Counted from the whole stretch's first letter, positions 44,380 to 56,424 are shown. The stretch is DNA of 63,272 nucleotides, filler included, from Octopus bimaculoides (GCF_001194135.2; 7 parts of 6 records of this genome joined end to end with filler, not necessarily neighbours in it); one strand, 5' to 3'. The notes: generated by a model not told the origin, from the sequence alone. Program-made: numbers and translations.

Positions 44380-46167
44380 TGTTTGTGCGGATGGCTGTAT
44401 AATTACATGCATAGACACACGCACCCACACACGTGCACGCACGCACGCTTACATTCATGCACATCGTATCAGTGGTGGCAGCTTATTTCATTTTCCCATG
44501 TGACTGATCACCATTTATAAGCTCTCTGTCATTCACTCTTAGCCTCTTTCTTAATCATTTTCTATTTCCCTATGTATCACGCATTCTTTCCCTTCCTACC
44601 TTTTTCTATCCTTCTCTTTTCCCTCTAGATCTTTCTTGTACGCACTTATGTATACTTCCCGCTTCTTAGGTGTGATGTGTCGAAACGTAAAATATAAATG
44701 CATGTACATGTTGCCTTAAGTAGTTATCAAATTATAATAATTCATGTAGAAGAGAGAGAGAACTCGAAACGAGGGCAATGGAAACTACTGATTTCGTTCA
44801 AGTATTACGTTTTCGAGACAGATATTCTATACGGCCTGAAATACTGATATATCATTTTTTCATCTAATGATATAGACAAATGTGGATAGAGACGCATGCT
44901 TCTCTTTGAGAGATTACACTAGCCTGCAGCCTTTATCAAACTTCGTAAATCTTTGACTTATGGCTTCTACCATCTATTTATCTCAGGTTTAGTATCACGC
45001 TAATTCATAGACGAAGAACATCAATCATAGCAACTCCAGCATTTCCGTTATATTTCTCTCAACCAAGGTAGAATCCATGGATCCCCACAGATTAGTTAGC
45101 AATTTAGGGGTTTCAAATTTTTGCACAAGAGGGGTGTAAGTCCATTATATCGACCCCCGTACTCAACTGGTGCATATGCTATCGATCGCGGCGGAAGTTG
45201 AACACAGAACGTAGAGACAAACAAATGCTACCAAACAGTTTCCCCGGCGTGCTGGTGATTCTGTTAGCTTAGCACCTCACGATATTAAAGCGTATTGAAA
45301 AATGAAGACTATTATGTGATTTTGATATTGAAATGATGACAATGATGTGATATTGATATTCCGGATATAATAGTCATATCCTTATTACGGCGATATGAAT
45401 GAAGAAGGTGTTAAAATAGATTCTTAGGAAACAACTGCAGAAATATTTCCGCTTTTCTAACAAACTAAAAATATACATTTATGAATAGCTACTGTAGTTG
45501 TTTAGTCATCGATCAGATCTGAGGAAGCCCGCTTATAATAAAGGGTATCATAGCTATCAGACACCAAACATTTCATACAGGGAACCCAGGAATACATTAT
45601 CGAATATATTCACTTCCGCTAGTGCGTAATAAAAATAGGAAATGTAGTTTTTCGTTTTTGCAGCAGATTCGGTGTTAGCCTCCAGTATGTTTAGCTTCCT
45701 TTATACGCAAGCATTAAATCTTTCGAATTTTTACCATGAATTCATATAATTTCCAGATGTAAATTCTAAAATCACTTTATATTGCTGTAGTATACTTAAA
45801 AGCACAAAATTTATTTTAAAAACTTTTATTTATATTGATTTTTACAGAGGCTCTAACGAACATGTTCCACGTGAAGAACAAACACACGTTAACTGTATCA
45901 AGAGGCTAAATGATGTTTGGAGTTTTATTGGTGATTAAATATTTATGCATTATTTACTTACAAATTTTCCGTAACTACTTCTCGTAATTCAATTGGTTTT
46001 ATGGAGGGCTCAGTAAAAATGTCAGATAAAATAAAGGAAGATGTTTTTACCATGGCTGTGAAAGAGACAATAATGATGGAAAGAGCAAACACCTATATAC
46101 TTACTTACACACACACACACACGCACACACACACGCACATACACACACATACACACACACACACACT

Positions 46168-46219
<52 letters not shown>

Positions 46220-46769
46220 TATATTCAAATATGCATACATAAACAGATACATACATACACACAAACACACATAAACATATATATTAGTANNNNNNNNNNN
46301 NNNNNNNNNNNNNNNNNNNNNNNNNNNNNNNNNNNNNNNNNNNNNNNNNNNNNNNNNNNNNNNNNNNNNNNNNNNNNNNNNNNNNNNNNNNNNNNNNNNN
46401 NNNNNNNNNNNNNNNNNNNNNNNNNNNNNNNNNNNNNNNNNNNNNNNNNNNNNNNNNNNNNNNNNNNNNNNNNNNNNNNNNNNNNNNNNNNNNNNNNNNN
46501 NNNNNNNNNNNNNNNNNNNNNNNNNNNNNNNNNNNNNNNNNNNNNNNNNNNNNNNNNNNNNNNNNNNNNNNNNNNNNNNNNNNNNNNNNNNNNNNNNNNN
46601 NNNNNNNNNNNNNNNNNNNNNNNNNNNNNNNNNNNNNNNNNNNNNNNNNNNNNNNNNNNNNNNNNNNNNNNNNNNNNNNNNNNNNNNNNNNNNNNNNNNN
46701 NNNNNNNNNNNNNNNNNNNNNNNNTAAATGTATATATATATATACATACATACATATATATATATGCAT

Positions 46770-47140
46770 TACATTTTTTTCCTATCAAAAAGTTATCCAA
46801 ATTCTGGAAGGAGTGGTGGTCAGTGGGGGCAAGATTAAGTGAGTATGCTGGATGATGATAGGATTGAATCTGTTGACTAATCTAGGCTGTTTCTTTTTCA
46901 TAAGTTTCGGCATCATTTGGTCTAGCTGGCTGCAGCATACTTCGGTCGTGATCGATGAGTCAGGTTTAATGAAATCATAATGGATCACACCTGCGCCAGA
47001 CCACCAAACATCAACCATCAGCTTCTTTTGATGAATTTTGCTTTTTGGACAGTGTTTTGGTGACTCGTCTTTGTTCAACCATTACGCTGAACGTATACGG
47101 GAGTGGTATTGGATCCATTTCTTATCACAGGTTACAATAA
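46770..47140 (-). mobile_element. Mariner transposase fragment (Hsmar1/SETMAR-like)
   Basis: IVTCDKKWIQYHSR..SA*WLNKDESPKH..PK..HQKKLMVDVWWSGAGVIHYDF...QPRLVNR, then after a deletion TDHHSFQNLDNFLIGK. Confidence 0.85.
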
Positions 47141-47207
47141 TGGAGTCTCGTGCTCCCTCCTCAGTGGAATGTTTATACTGATTAAAAAATATAAGAGACA
47201 TAAATAC

Positions 47208-47248
<41 letters not shown>

Positions 47249-47984
47249 TGTNNNNNNNNNNNNNNNNNNNNNNNNNNNNNNNNNNNNNNNNNNNNTTAAT
47301 TAATTAANNNNNNNNNNNNNNNNNNNNNNNNNNNNNNNNNNNNNNNNNNNNGGTGTGTCTGCAATGTGTGTCTGTGGCATGTGTGTGTGTGTCAGTGTGT
47401 GTGTGTGTGTGCGTGTGTGAACTGGCGACCCCAACTCATTGGTGCGTATGTACGTGTGTGATAGGATGTGTGCATCTGGTGCATGTGTACATGTATTTGT
47501 GTGTGTGCATATGTGTGCGAATACAGGTACTCTTTCTGCCGTGTATATGTATGTTTGTGTACGTATTTTTGGGTTAGCGAATACGTGTTTTGTATCTATA
47601 TATGCATGCATGTATGTATGTGAGTATTTGTATGTATGTAAGTATGTATGCCTGTATGTATGTTGTATGTATGTATGCATATTTGTATGTATGTATATAA
47701 ATATGTATGTACGTTTTTTTATACATGTATGCATGTATATTTGTATGTATGTTTGTTAATATTGTATGTATATATGTGAGTGTATATTGTGTATGCATGT
47801 ATACATATGTGTATGCATGTGTGTTTATATCTGTGTATGTATACATCTGCTGTTTATATGTGCTTACATAATTGGCATTCGTTTATGAGTATGTGTGCGC
47901 ATGAATACGCATGCTTCGCGTGAACATGCTGCATCTGTTTGTATATACATACATACATACATACATACATACATACATACATAC

Positions 47985-48368
47985 AGAAGTGTGGAGAGGA
48001 GTGAAAGCGTTTGAAGAGGCCAGGATAGCACAAGTAAGACTCAAAAGAGATCTAAGGAAGAATGTAACGATCGAGAAGTTGAATGACAAGGACCTTTTTG
48101 TGTGCACAATCTGTGACAGACCATGCCTGTCTTTGGCTGAACTCAAATCATATCTGCGAACCCATGGAAAACGAACCTCCACCAATTATTCTGCCCATAT
48201 GTTTGTGCACACCTTTGAATGCAGTGTATGCTAGAAGGTTTGCAAATCCAATGGAGGCCTCAAGAGACATTTTAATATCCACAAAGATCAGAACTTATCT
48301 GCAGCTCTTGGTGGTCCACATCGGGTGCGCAGTTTATGTGGGTGTCTTTTCAGAACATTGTCTGGTTT
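47985..48368 (+). mobile_element. RTE LINE 3' fragment with C-terminal C2H2 zinc fingers
   Basis: WRGVKAFEEARI...KRDLRK is followed by CTICDRPCLSLAELKSYLRTH, CSVC*KVCKSNGGLKRHFNIH and (R)SLCGCLFRTLSG. It runs into a gap. Confidence 0.8.
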
Positions 48369-48982
48369 NNNNNNNNNNNNNNNNNNNNNNNNNNNNNNNN
48401 NNNNNNNNNNNNNNNNNNNNNNNNNNNNNNNNNNNNNNNNNNNNNNNNNNNNNNNNNNNNNNNNNNNNNNNNNNNNNNNNNNNNNNNNNNNNNNNNNNNN
48501 NNNNNNNNNNNNNNNNNNNNNNNNNNNNNNNNNNNNNNNNNNNNNNNNNNNNNNNNNNNNNNNNNNNNNNNNNNNNNNNNNNNNNNNNNNNNNNNNNNNN
48601 NNNNNNNNNNNNNNNNNNNNNNNNNNNNNNNNNNNNNNNNNNNNNNNNNNNNNNNNNNNNNNNNNNNNNNNNNNNNNNNNNNNNNNNNNNNNNNNNNNNN
48701 NNNNNNNNNNNNNNNNNNNNNNNNNNNNNNNNNNNNNNNNNNNNNNNNNNNNNNNNNNNNNNNNNNNNNNNNNNNNNNNNNNNNNNNNNNNNNNNNNNNN
48801 NNNNNNNNNNNNNNNNNNNNNNNNNNNNNNNNNNNNNNNNNNNNNNNNNNNNNNNNNNNNNNNNNNNNNNNNNNNNNNNNNNNNNNNNNNNNNNNNNNNN
48901 NNNNNNNNNNNNNNNNNNNNNNNNNNNNNNNNNNNNNNNNNNNNNNNNNNNNNNNNNNNNNNNNNNNNNNNNNNNNNNNNNN

Positions 48983-49013
<31 letters not shown>

Positions 49014-49110
49014 CTATTAAACCTTTCTTTCGAGGTCCATGGGCCGCAACTGAGAAGTGCTCGAAATGAGTCCGAGACGAACGATAATTGATAATTGAAG
49101 AGATAAACAG

Positions 49111-49360
49111 AGAAACAATGTTTAGGTCAATCAGCAAATTTCCAAACGGAAATCACACAGACGTGAAATTTAAAAGAATATTTTTTTAAAAAATACAGAT
49201 CAATAATACAAATCTATATGAATATAAATAGATACAGGTTTGTATTGATCTGTATTAACATGCATTAATGTATATGTATTTTTTAAAAAAATTATTTAAA
49301 AAAAGTTTAAGTCTGTGTTTTTATCGTTTGGGAATTTGCTGACTGATATAAACTGTTTCT
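49111..49360. repeat. ~250-bp imperfect palindrome (foldback/MITE-like)
   Basis: agaaacaatgtttaggtcaatcagcaaatttccaaacgg...cacagac mirrors gtctgtg...cgtttgggaatttgctgactgatataaactgtttct. An inner tacagatcaat/attgatctgta pair also matches. Confidence 0.7.
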
Positions 49361-49533
49361 GAGTTTACCTCTTCAGTTATATATACGTTTAAGATGATTC
49401 CCATGCATTTCCCTGAGGAGAAGTTTACATTTTNNNNNNNNNNNNNNNNNNNNNNNNNNNNNNNNNNNNNNNNNNNNTTAATTAATTAANNNNNNNNNNN
49501 NNNNNNNNNNNNNNNNNNNNNNNNNNNNNNNNN

Positions 49534-49700
49534 TTGTCCGATGTACAGGGATTGGCAGAGAGAGCAGGAGAGGCAATATATGATGTTGGTAGACGTGCAG
49601 GTGAAGGAGTCGGTGATGCGATAGGGTCGGTGATGGGTGCTGGTGAGGAGGGTGGTGTTGGAGAGGAGGGTGGTGTTGGAGAGGTAAGGGCGAATGAAGT
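49534..49700 (-). mobile_element. Penelope-like element fragment, GIY-YIG endonuclease start
   Basis: Minus frame reads ...HHRPYRITDSFTCTSTNIIYCLSCSLCQSLYIGQ, matching the F-x-C-x3-N-x-I-Y-x3-C-x2-C-x3-Y-I-G pattern of PLE GIY-YIG domains. It is truncated by the scaffold join. Confidence 0.8.
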
Positions 49701-51686
49701 GTTTAATGTTTACGAATGAAATGAAGGAAGTGCAATAATAGCATTCACACTCACTGATGGTCGCTCTTAGTAACTGCCTTTAGCTTACGGAGTTCTATCG
49801 AAAAGCAGCCAGAAGGATAGACATATTGTTGAGAACAAGCGATTTCTTTGGAGGTCTGTTATCTCCATTCCAGCCAGTGGTGGTCTAGAAGAGGTAGAAG
49901 GGTCAAGCGGAAAAGACATTATTCTTCTTAGCGAAGGCATCTGGGAAATGTATTACTGCTGTCATTCACAGAAAAACTATTGTTTTACCGTGAGAAAAGC
50001 GCTGTTGAAGTGCTAAGTGAAATTTGGCAATCGAGGATCGAATCCACGCCATGCCTGCATGAAGCCACTATAAATACGTTGTGGAATAAAAAATGTATCT
50101 GCTGTCCTGGTAAAAGTATAACTGTAAAAATGCAGAATTATTGGAGTAATGGGCATTCAAAAAAGTATGTATGTATAGAAATGTATGAATGAAGTCTTTA
50201 AGGTTTAAGATTCAAATCAAGGAAGTGCAATAATAATGTTTAGCAGTTCAAAACTGAGTAATGAAATGCAGAATTAGATCGGCTGAGCGTGAGACTCAAA
50301 TATTGATCGTTTCGCTAAAACTGCAGTGGTATGGGCTATTTCCCTTGGGTTGTTTAAATAAAATATCAGTAATATGTAGTTAGTAGATAGAAGGATCCAT
50401 TGGAAGGGCCCTATTATCGATTTTTTTTCAACAATCTAAGTATGTCACGAGGTTTCCAGACATGAGTTCTACTCACATGTCAAATAAAGTATAAAAGTAA
50501 TATTATCTGCAAAAATTAGAAATTGGACAAACAAAAAATCAATATTCAAAGTAATCGAACATAAACAATGAATCCTGTAGAATATTTCTAAATTCGATGG
50601 CTCAATTAGTTTAATGAAAATGTTGTATGAACTGTAAATAAGCTATAAATATTATGATTTGAACTCAGAACGTAACGGCAGACGAAATACCGCTAAGCAT
50701 TTCGCCCGGCGTGCTAACGTTTCTGCCAGCTCACCCTGTCGGCGTGAACGACAAATGAGGGTTCAGTAAAATAAAGCAGTAATCAAGTTCTCTGGACAGG
50801 AATGTGTCTCTTGGGGCCTGCTGGTGCCTTGCAAACCTTTCGGCAAAAGGAACAAGTTAAGGACTCAGCTTGCTCGAGAGCTTGTGGATCATTTACTATG
50901 TGTTTTCTTGTGTGAACGGCAAGGAATGCGTTGCTTCGTGCCACCATAATGACAGGTAAGGTTTCCTTTTAGAGGAGCAGCGTTTTGCTAGCAAAAGACA
51001 AAGTTGTCAGCAACTTGCCTCGGCGCTCTAACGACACTGACACTCTATCACTCTTCATGATTTCATTAATGAGATATATTTTTAATGAGATTATGCGGAT
51101 ATGTTTTGGGGCATGTATATTGCTATTATGTCGATGATAACCTACCCCTTATTAGTACGGTTTAACCAGCGTTCACTATGTATGTGTATGCGTGTGTGCG
51201 TCTGTGTGCATTTGTGTGTCTGTGGATGGTGTGTGCGTGGATGGTGTGTGTGCGTCTGTGTGCATTTGTGTGTCTGTGGATGGTGTGTGCGTGGATGGCG
51301 TGTGTGCGTGGGTAGAGTGCGATATAGTTAAAAGTTAACTCAGATGCACACCGTTCTAATTAACTAGCGTATATTTTTGATCGAGGGTGTTAATTTAGGT
51401 GTAGTCAAATCCGAGATAAAACATCAAGTATGGAAAGGGGAAAAGCGAAATGTATAAGTCGTGTTGTACGTGCGTGCTTCTATGTGAGTGTGTGTATTTG
51501 TGTGTGTTTGAGTGTGTGTTTGTGTGTGTATGTGTGCATGTACGTATTCATATGTGGATGTGTGTGCATGCATACTTTGTGAGTTACCCCTTTCAACGAT
51601 ATACACATTCTCACGCACACAAACGCAAACACGCACATAGGCGCGCGCGCACACATTGAGAGAGGAATGGGAGGGTGAAGGAGCGT

Positions 51687-51776
<90 letters not shown>

Positions 51777-51876
51777 NNNNNNNNNNNNNNNNNNNNNNNN
51801 NNNNNNNNNNNNNNNNNNNNTTAATTAATTAANNNNNNNNNNNNNNNNNNNNNNNNNNNNNNNNNNNNNNNNNNNN

Positions 51877-51909
<33 letters not shown>

Positions 51910-51911
<2 letters not shown>

Positions 51912-52066
51912 CGGGCTTCTTTCAGTTTCCGTCTACCAAATCCACTCACAAGGCTTTGGTCGACCCGAGGCTATAGGTGAAGACACTTGCCCAAGGTGCC
52001 ACGCAGGGGGATGAACCCGGAACCATGTGGTTGGTAAGCAAGCTACTTGCCACACAGCCACTCCTA
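51910..52066 (-). mobile_element. SINE family A copy
   Basis: Same body next to (TA)n. A partial + strand copy is at about 52285-52350. Confidence 0.85.
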
Positions 52067-52382
52067 TGTATATGTTTGTGTATATATGTATGTGTTTTGA
52101 GTCATTACCCTTTGATGGCTTTCATTCACACAAATTCACATAAAGAAACCTCATAAACAATTCATGGCTTCTTATTTGACGCTGGAATTCACATAAACAA
52201 TTCCATCCAAACACAATAAAATATGCTTCAACGCATGAATTCACATAAAAAAAAATCTTGCAAATCAAATACACAAACGAAATGTGTATTTGTATGTGTG
52301 GTAAGAACCTTGATTCTGGGTTCATTCCCACTGCGTGGCACCTTCAGCAATTTCTATTAGCAAGTTTTTATATTTACTGATC

Positions 52383-52435
<53 letters not shown>

Positions 52436-52471
52436 ACAGGTTTGGAACATCTTCTATTTGGTTCTATTGTC

Positions 52472-52564
<93 letters not shown>

Positions 52565-52566
52565 AG

Positions 52567-52683
52567 GTTTGGAACATCTTCTATTTGGTTCTATTGTCTG
52601 TAATATGCATGCTTATATTACAGGATATGTATTACAAAGCAGACTCTTCTCTAAAAAGATTCTCTCGGATCTCTCAATTGTTG
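52567..52683 (+). CDS. Internal coding exon of the fucosyltransferase-like gene: signal-anchor/TM helix plus stem (VWNIFYLVLLSVICMLILQDMYYKADSSLKRFSRISQLL)
   Basis: Acceptor ttacag| at 52566 and donor TTG|GTATGT at 52684. The exon is 117 nt (39 codons), open, and phase 0 at both ends. Its hydrophobic run IFYLVLLSVICMLIL joins in frame to the exon at 54388. The exon carrying the start codon was not found. Confidence 0.75.
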
Positions 52684-53361
52684 GTATGTCTTGCGTTTTT
52701 TTTTTTTGTTGTTTTTTTTTTTTATCACTTACGTATTTCATTTCAGTAATTAACCCACGGACATGCTGGGGCACTGAATTGAAAGGTTTTATTCTCACCT
52801 AAGACCTTTGTTTTACGTCTATGCTTATTCTTTTGGTCTCTTTTGGCCAAACCGCTAGGTTCCCCGTTGGGAAATAGAGAAGTGAGAAATCCCTAGGCGG
52901 GTTCGAAGCAAAGGATTTAATCAAAAGACAATCAATATCAGTTACTGAGTTGCACTTCTCGTTTTGGTTCATGAGCAAAACATTTTATTTCGTGTTGCTG
53001 CAGACCACTCTGCACTCCGCTGGCCAAAAGTGTGCAACCAAGGGTGTGAATACACACACCACAGAGTCCTTCTGAGCTCATGGCTTGAAAAGGTCTTTCA
53101 ATCCTGTCCTTGGTACACACGCATGCACACACACCACGCGTATATGTTTGTGTGTTTGTCCACGTCATCTCTTGGCATCCTGTGTTAGTTTGTTTGTATC
53201 CTGACAGACATTACATATACCTACAAAATGAAACTTGAAAAAAACATTTTTAAAAAATTGTGATGTATGTCAGAATGTATGTGTAAAAACTGGCACTTTG
53301 TCGGTTACAACTATTAATGTTCCAGTTTCTCTGACCAGTGGAACAGTCTGCTCAACGAAAC

Positions 53362-53582
53362 ACGAGCTTCTTTCAGTTTCCGTCTACCAAATCCACTCAC
53401 AAGGTTTTGGTCGGCCCGAGGTTATACGAGAAGACACTTGCCCATGGTGCCACGCAGTGGGACTGAACCCGGAACCATATGGTTGGGAAGCAAGTTTCTT
53501 ACCACACAGTCATGGCCTGTATGTGTATGTGTATATACGACGGGATTCTTTCACTTCCCGTCTACGAGATCCACCCACAAGG
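53362..53582 (-). mobile_element. SINE family A copy plus a partial second copy
   Basis: Body at 53362-53516; the 3' end is repeated at about 53537-53582. Another partial copy (+) is at about 56630-56725. Confidence 0.8.
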
Positions 53583-53589
53583 TAGAGTT

Positions 53590-53740
53590 CTCCAACAACC
53601 ACTTCTGACTTTTTCAAGGGTTGTGACAAGGAACTAAATCCTACTGCCATCACATATGGCCCTTCTAGCAGTAACCCGCTCCAGCCAAGGATGGACCACA
53701 GTCTCTAGCAGCTTCAGATAGCCATTTGAATCGTGGTGCA
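53590..53740 (-). mobile_element. Tc1/mariner catalytic-region fragment inside intron 2 of the transferase gene
   Basis: GYLKLLETVVHPWLERV, then frameshifted RPYV...KSQKWLLEN. Confidence 0.65.
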
Positions 53741-54387
53741 TGGGTGCAGTCAGAATGCCTGCTGTGTCCGTTCCAGCTGGCTACAACTTTGTAGTTTTTG
53801 TTACTGCTGCCAGTCTCACATCTTATAGAGTGCACTGGGCGTTGACCAGCATTCATGATATTGGCATTTTGACAACAAGTGGGAATCCTCATAATGCAGG
53901 TAGCTGTTTTGTGCTGTTCAAATGGCTTCCGGCCCACCATTTCAGCTGACTTTTCCTCAACCAAAATTTTAATCTTTATTAAATTCAAATTACGACAAAC
54001 GTAAATAAACAAACGAAGTTTGCTTTTTTAGAAGCGTTGAGATGTCTTAGAAAGTTAAAGAAGTGATTTTAAATTCTCAATCGCAGAATAATGCTAATAA
54101 TATAGCCTGAACAGGATAAGCTACCCCTATCTGTCATTGTTAACTGTTCACCAAAGCATCAAACTGTTCTAGAAAAAAAGGAGACATAAACTGAATCATC
54201 AAATTTAGCCAAACCACCCTGCCTGTAATTAATTAAACCCTGTTCATTAGCCTTTTATAGCAATGCAGTTAATTAAACGTAGCTGGGCAGGGGAAGGGTA
54301 TGATTTTGAACACGAAATCATTACAAAAACAAAAAACAAATATGGTATTTTTTTCTATTTTTTTTTTCTTTTTTTTTTACTTTACAG

Positions 54388-55380
54388 GAAAATCGCATCA
54401 AGCAATCCACATTTCAAGCAGTACTACAAAAGAATGCAACTGATGTGAAAGACAAAGCCATGATGATTCCAAAGAGAACGAGATACCTTATTTACAGATG
54501 TACTGGCGGAGTCGGTGCCGTTTTTTGTAGCGGTTGGGGTAATCGCTTAATTGGCATCCAGTCGACGTATTTTTTAGCAAAGGCAACAGAGAGGACATTC
54601 GGCATTATCATGACACACCCTTGTGCACTAACCGAAATCTTTACGCCAAACGAGTATAACTGGGATTTTTCACTGTCCATGTTTCAGAATATGTCTTCGA
54701 TCTATCTAAGTTTGCGGGACAAGAAAGACTTCACATACGGTTTAACAACACTGGACTTCAATGCCAAATATCCGCAAGATGTAGTTTATATTGTTACTAA
54801 CCATAACTATCTTTCCCAACTCCAAAGTAATAAATTATATAAGGACAAAGTCCCTTCTAAATCTAATGGTGCCTTGTTCACGAAAGTATATCAATCTTTG
54901 TTTAAACTGCGTCCAAGCGTTCAGGAAGAACTAGATTCTTTTCTGAGAAAAGCCAAACCAAATCCCAAAACGAATCTAACTTGTGCTCAAATAAGAGTCG
55001 GTAAGAACCCTAGTGTGAGATGGGATAGTCGGGGTACTATGTCAGATAAAAGTTTAAACAAGATATGGGAATTTTTAAATGAAACACAAACTGATTCTAA
55101 TATTTTTGTGACCACAGATTCAGAAAAAGTGCGACAATTGGCAAAAACTTATTATGGCAAAAGAATTTTCGACACAGAAGGACCTATTATGCATTTAGAT
55201 AAACCTTATGGAGTAAGAAAATTATGTGGGGGTTTGCGTAAGTTAATTCTCGACCAATATATCCTTGTGATATGTGATAAATTGATCGTTAGCCCAAGTT
55301 CTTTTACCCGTATGCCTCTCATGATGCGTGGGACCAAAAACTGTTTTACGCTTAAAGGTGATGTGATAAAACAAATATAA
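54388..55380 (+). CDS. Terminal catalytic exon of a GT-B fucosyltransferase-superfamily protein (NodZ/FUT8/POFUT-like motifs)
   Basis: A long polypyrimidine tract and tttacag| precede 54388. This adds ENRIKQSTFQAVLQKNATD in frame ahead of the 311-aa ORF; the stop is TAA at 55378-55380. Motifs: GWGNRL (N-terminal), CAQIRVGKN (motif I, ~54982), IFVTTDSEKV (motif II, ~55102), DQYILVICDKLIVSPSSFTR (motif III, ~55252). Confidence 0.9.
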   Translation, partial: ENRIKQSTFQAVLQKNATDVKDKAMMIPKRTRYLIYRCTGGVGAVFCSGWGNRLIGIQSTYFLAKATERTFGIIMTHPCALTEIFTPNEYNWDFSLSMFQNMSSIYLSLRDKKDFTYGLTTLDFNAKYPQDVVYIVTNHNYLSQLQSNKLYKDKVPSKSNGALFTKVYQSLFKLRPSVQEELDSFLRKAKPNPKTNLTCAQIRVGKNPSVRWDSRGTMSDKSLNKIWEFLNETQTDSNIFVTTDSEKVRQLAKTYYGKRIFDTEGPIMHLDKPYGVRKLCGGLRKLILDQYILVICDKLIVSPSSFTRMPLMMRGTKNCFTLKGDVIKQI

Positions 55381-55385
55381 TAGAA

Positions 55386-55669
55386 TGATTATAGGTGAAT
55401 TCGCGGATCTTTTTGGTTTGACGGGCAACACTTGTTTTCTTAACGAAACACTTTCAAACTTGGGATACTGGTAGAATGTGTCATATAAAACATCTTAACA
55501 AAAATTAGTTCTTAATAAGTGATTTCATGTTAAAGTTGTCGTATTTGTGTAATTTCAACCAATCACTGACGTCTATTGAGGTGAAAACAATTACTACAAA
55601 AACACTACATAAAACATTAATGAAAAATGTTGCCCTTCAAACCAAAAAGATCCGAATTCGCTATCATCA
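55386..55669. mobile_element. MITE with ~45-bp TIRs starting 5 nt after the transferase stop codon
   Basis: ggatctttttggtttgacgggcaaca on the left versus tgttgcccttcaaaccaaaaagatcc on the right: 25/26 complementary, extending imperfectly outward. Confidence 0.75.
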
Positions 55670-56424
55670 ATTCACCGTGAGGAAAGTTCGCTGAGAAAAT
55701 ATATCCATGGTATCTCACCATTAATAGTTTAAAACTATCTTATTGACAAACGAAACGATGAATTAATGATATGCCACTTAATTTGTTGCCGGAGACCACT
55801 CGAAAAGTGAAAACTCGTAAATCAGAACAATAATTTCCCATAATAGCAATGTTATAAACCGTAATTCGTTTCCAGAAAAATATTTTACCCATAAAATTTA
55901 TAATACCCGTAAATAAATGGGTATAAAACAACAGCAGAATGTAAAGAATATTTTATGTAATGTAAAAAGAATGTTAAAATCATTTCTAATAAAAAAAACT
56001 ATTTTTACTATAATCGTTTTCTGAATCACCTACACTCGCACACACCATCACTTGTAGACTCGTTCGCCAATTCACAAGCACTCGTAGACGGACTTGTAGA
56101 TTTCTTTTTTTAAAACTTGTAGATTTCTTGTAGATTTCTTTTAGAGTTGTTTGCTAAGAAGAAGCTTTCTTTCGTTCTCTATAAATTTCTCTGTAAAACA
56201 CTCAGAAGCATTTGTTGTGGTAGTAGAAACTTTTGCACTTCATTGAAAATATAGATCTTGTGCTTGAAAAATGAATTCGCAAACCCAGGGTTACGTAAAG
56301 GCGGATCCTCGTAAAGTGAGGTATCACTGTACTTAGTATCGCAACATTAATAGTTAAAAATTATCTTATTGCAAAACAAACAAAAAAAGAGGTTGACGAC
56401 AATGAACTTTGCCCGCGGTGAATT
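55669..56424. mobile_element. Non-autonomous TIR element abutting the previous MITE
   Basis: aattcaccgtgaggaaagttc (55669-55689) versus gaactttgcccgcggtgaatt (56404-56424): 18/21 complementary. Internal direct repeat cattaatagtt-x-aaaa-x-tatcttattg at about 55719 and 56345. Confidence 0.6.

Noticed and set aside
45505-45565. Hammerhead-like CUGAGGA...GCCC/GGGU
   Set aside because: GAAA is absent and there is no stem I; it looks like a diverged SINE-type repeat.
47911-48368. Host C2H2 zinc-finger gene
   Set aside because: The fingers follow RTE ORF2 C-terminal sequence, contain a stop, and recur as a dispersed decayed copy at 59458.
54445-54447. GTG start of the 311-aa ORF as a bacterial-style or HGT gene start
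   Set aside because: A canonical splice acceptor 57 nt upstream keeps the frame open and links to a TM exon, so this is an exon of a spliced gene.
54263-54448. 61-aa ORF overlapping the transferase start
   Set aside because: It spans the intron polypyrimidine tract and an alternative frame of the exon; no independent support.
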